Virus record (IMG/VR): IMGVR_UViG_3300031848_000026
Span: 1-30,253 of that record
Length of the DNA: 30,253 nucleotides
Direction: 5' to 3' (one strand)
Source of the DNA: a virus
Taxonomy: Duplodnaviria > Caudoviricetes
Part shown: positions 28,717 through 30,253 of the stretch, piece after piece
How positions within the stretch are numbered: the stretch's first letter is position 1
How the letters are laid out: each line of letters opens with the position of its first letter
Notes under the pieces: model-generated
The model's database searches: none
Seen by the model: only the letters and a program-made list of their open reading frames with translations
What the model was told of the DNA's origin: nothing
Program-made: the position numbers and the translations under genes

Positions 28717-29568
28717 ATGATGCGTCCCAAGAATTATCTAAACAATAAAGACATACTTAAAGAAATACACAAATCAAAGAATCAGTTCAACAGTTATTTA
28801 GAACCTGAATATGGTCAATATGATATTATTTTACTAGATGTAGGTAAAATAAATCGACTGTCTGTTGCTGAAGCAAAGCGTAATAAAGCAAAGAAGATGT
28901 CTTCAGCAGAATACGAGCGCAGGAAAGGCTTAGGTGAGAAGGTCAAACAAGCAGAATGCGAAACATTAGCATCTGAAATTACAAAAGAAGAGCTAATCTT
29001 CCGTGTAATGACATTTGATCACATTCCAGAAGAGCCAGGTCGCAAAAAGAACCCTAAGACTGTTGCTGATACAAGAGTTAAGCTACCGTTTCCTCCGTTT
29101 AAGCATTATAAGTATGATGACGAAGGCGAAATTATCCTAGTTGGCAAAAGTCATTGGGTAGGTGGCATGGACAACGGCAACTTTAGTCACAAACACGGTA
29201 AAGCAACAGACAACCTTGCTATGATGTGGTTAAAACTTGTTGATCGTTATGCAACTCGAGGAAATGTACGTGGTTACACATACAATGACGAAATGAAAGG
29301 TCAAGCTATCTTACAACTTTCACAAATCGGACTACAGTTTGACGAATCTAAGTCAGATAATCCATTCGCATACTATACGGCTGCTGTTACTAATAGCTTT
29401 GTTCGTGTTATTAACATAGAAAAACGCAATCAAAACATTAGAGATGATATCTTAGAGATGAACGACTTGTCTCCTAGTTATACAAGACAGAATCAAGGCG
29501 AATGGGAAGCAAGCGTGAAGCGGAATGAAGAAGCTCCGATTACACAATACACCGGAACCAAAAAATAG
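28717..29568 (+). CDS. gp55: Late-transcription sigma factor, T4 gp55-like (start may be the second ATG at 28720)
   Basis: NYLNNKDILKEI and RGNVRGYTYNDEMKGQAILQLSQIGLQFDESKSDNPFAYYTAAVTNSFVRVINIEKR correspond to the T4 gp55 motifs (NYVNNKEL; FSGYT..EM; FDETK..NPHAYITQ..FNAF). It lies upstream of gp47 as in T4-like phages. Confidence 0.9.
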   Translation: MMRPKNYLNNKDILKEIHKSKNQFNSYLEPEYGQYDIILLDVGKINRLSVAEAKRNKAKKMSSAEYERRKGLGEKVKQAECETLASEITKEELIFRVMTFDHIPEEPGRKKNPKTVADTRVKLPFPPFKHYKYDDEGEIILVGKSHWVGGMDNGNFSHKHGKATDNLAMMWLKLVDRYATRGNVRGYTYNDEMKGQAILQLSQIGLQFDESKSDNPFAYYTAAVTNSFVRVINIEKRNQNIRDDILEMNDLSPSYTRQNQGEWEASVKRNEEAPITQYTGTKK

Positions 29569-29569
29569 G

Positions 29570-29598
29570 TTGACAGGTGTCAACAATTACTATATACT
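29570..29598 (+). promoter_or_regulatory. Sigma70-type promoter P3 for gp47
   Basis: TTGACA (29570-29575), 17-nt spacer, TATACT (29593-29598). SD GGAGG at 29614-29618. Confidence 0.8.
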
Positions 29599-29625
29599 AT
29601 AACATGTATATATGGAGGATACTCT

Positions 29626-30253
29626 TTGTTTAAAAAAGCTGCGGTGTTTACGGACATCCATTTTGGTTTGAAAGGTAATAGTCGTATACATAACGAAGAT
29701 TGCGAAGAATTTATTGATTGGTACATAGAACAAGCTCAAGCTGCTGGTTGCGAAACTGGTATCTTCTGCGGAGACTGGCACCATAATCGTAATTCACTTA
29801 ATCTTACCACTATGGATGCTACAATTAGAAGTATGGAAAAGCTTGGTGCTGCGTTTGAGAAGTTTTACTTCTTCGATGGTAACCATGACTTGTATTATAA
29901 AGACAAGCGTGACGTTAACAGTACTGCTTTTGCAAAACACATTCCAGGCATTACGTTTATAGACGAAATCTTCATTGAGGATGATGTTGCACTGGTACCG
30001 TGGCTTGTTGGTGACGAGTGGAAGCAGATGAAAGACATTGAAACAAAGTATTTGTTTGGACACTTTGAACTTCCTAGCTTCTATATGAACGCATTGGTTA
30101 GAATGCCAGATCATGGTGACCTAAAGCCTGAACACTTTAAGCATCAAGAGTACGTATTCAGTGGACACTTCCACAAACGTCAGAAGCAAGGTGCTATTCA
30201 TTACATTGGTAATGCATTTCCGCACAACTATGCCGACGTAGGTGATGATGCAC
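29626..30253 (+). CDS. gp47: Recombination endonuclease subunit, T4 gp47 / Mre11-SbcD-like metallophosphoesterase, 5' part (TTG start, runs off window end; missing from ORF track)
   Basis: TTG 7 nt after GGAGG. The translation MFKKAAVFTDIHFGLKGNS...FCGDWHHNR...DGNHDLYYK...FGHFE...FSGHFHKRQ contains the DxH, GDxxH, GNHD, GH and GHxH nuclease motifs. Confidence 0.93.
   Translation, partial: MFKKAAVFTDIHFGLKGNSRIHNEDCEEFIDWYIEQAQAAGCETGIFCGDWHHNRNSLNLTTMDATIRSMEKLGAAFEKFYFFDGNHDLYYKDKRDVNSTAFAKHIPGITFIDEIFIEDDVALVPWLVGDEWKQMKDIETKYLFGHFELPSFYMNALVRMPDHGDLKPEHFKHQEYVFSGHFHKRQKQGAIHYIGNAFPHNYADVGDDA

Noticed and set aside
29569-29584. Hairpin after the gp55 stop as a rho-independent terminator
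   Set aside because: The loop is only 2 nt, there is no downstream U-tract, and it coincides with a -35 box; it is reported as an operator-like dyad instead.
29590-30114. Minus-strand ORFs 29590-29784 and 29794-30114
   Set aside because: They are antisense to the clearly recognisable gp47 gene.
1-30253. Stop-codon reassignment, introns or inteins
   Set aside because: Genes tile the window with intact code-11 ORFs and tight junctions. I saw no intein splice motifs or homing endonuclease signature by eye, although a search of the giant protein would be needed to exclude them fully.

Overview
AT-rich fragment of a large T4-related (probably jumbo) myovirus genome using the standard genetic code. 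Positions 1-28595 form a tightly packed minus-strand late operon for the contractile-tail baseplate. In transcription order it encodes a tube-initiator-like protein, a gp53/LysM wedge protein, a hub-like protein, an unknown 379-aa protein, a gp5/VgrG-like spike, gp25, gp6, a giant 5098-aa mosaic wedge/adhesin protein, a 200-aa virion protein and a truncated tail-fibre-like protein. Divergently on the plus strand are a gp55-type late sigma factor and the 5' part of a gp47 (Mre11/SbcD-like) nuclease gene. The most notable observations are: (1) the spike carries a C-terminal Vibrio VgrG3-type muramidase-like domain, as in an 'evolved' T6SS VgrG; (2) a 121-bp divergent control region places two perfect TTGACA-N17-TATAAT promoters for gp55 back-to-back with a TAAATA late-promoter motif; (3) gp55 has a large insertion and no obvious clamp-binding tail; (4) the hub and tube-initiator proteins have glycine-zipper extensions; (5) the gene order is colinear with eCIS operons. 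All family assignments come from motif recognition by eye; no searches were run.
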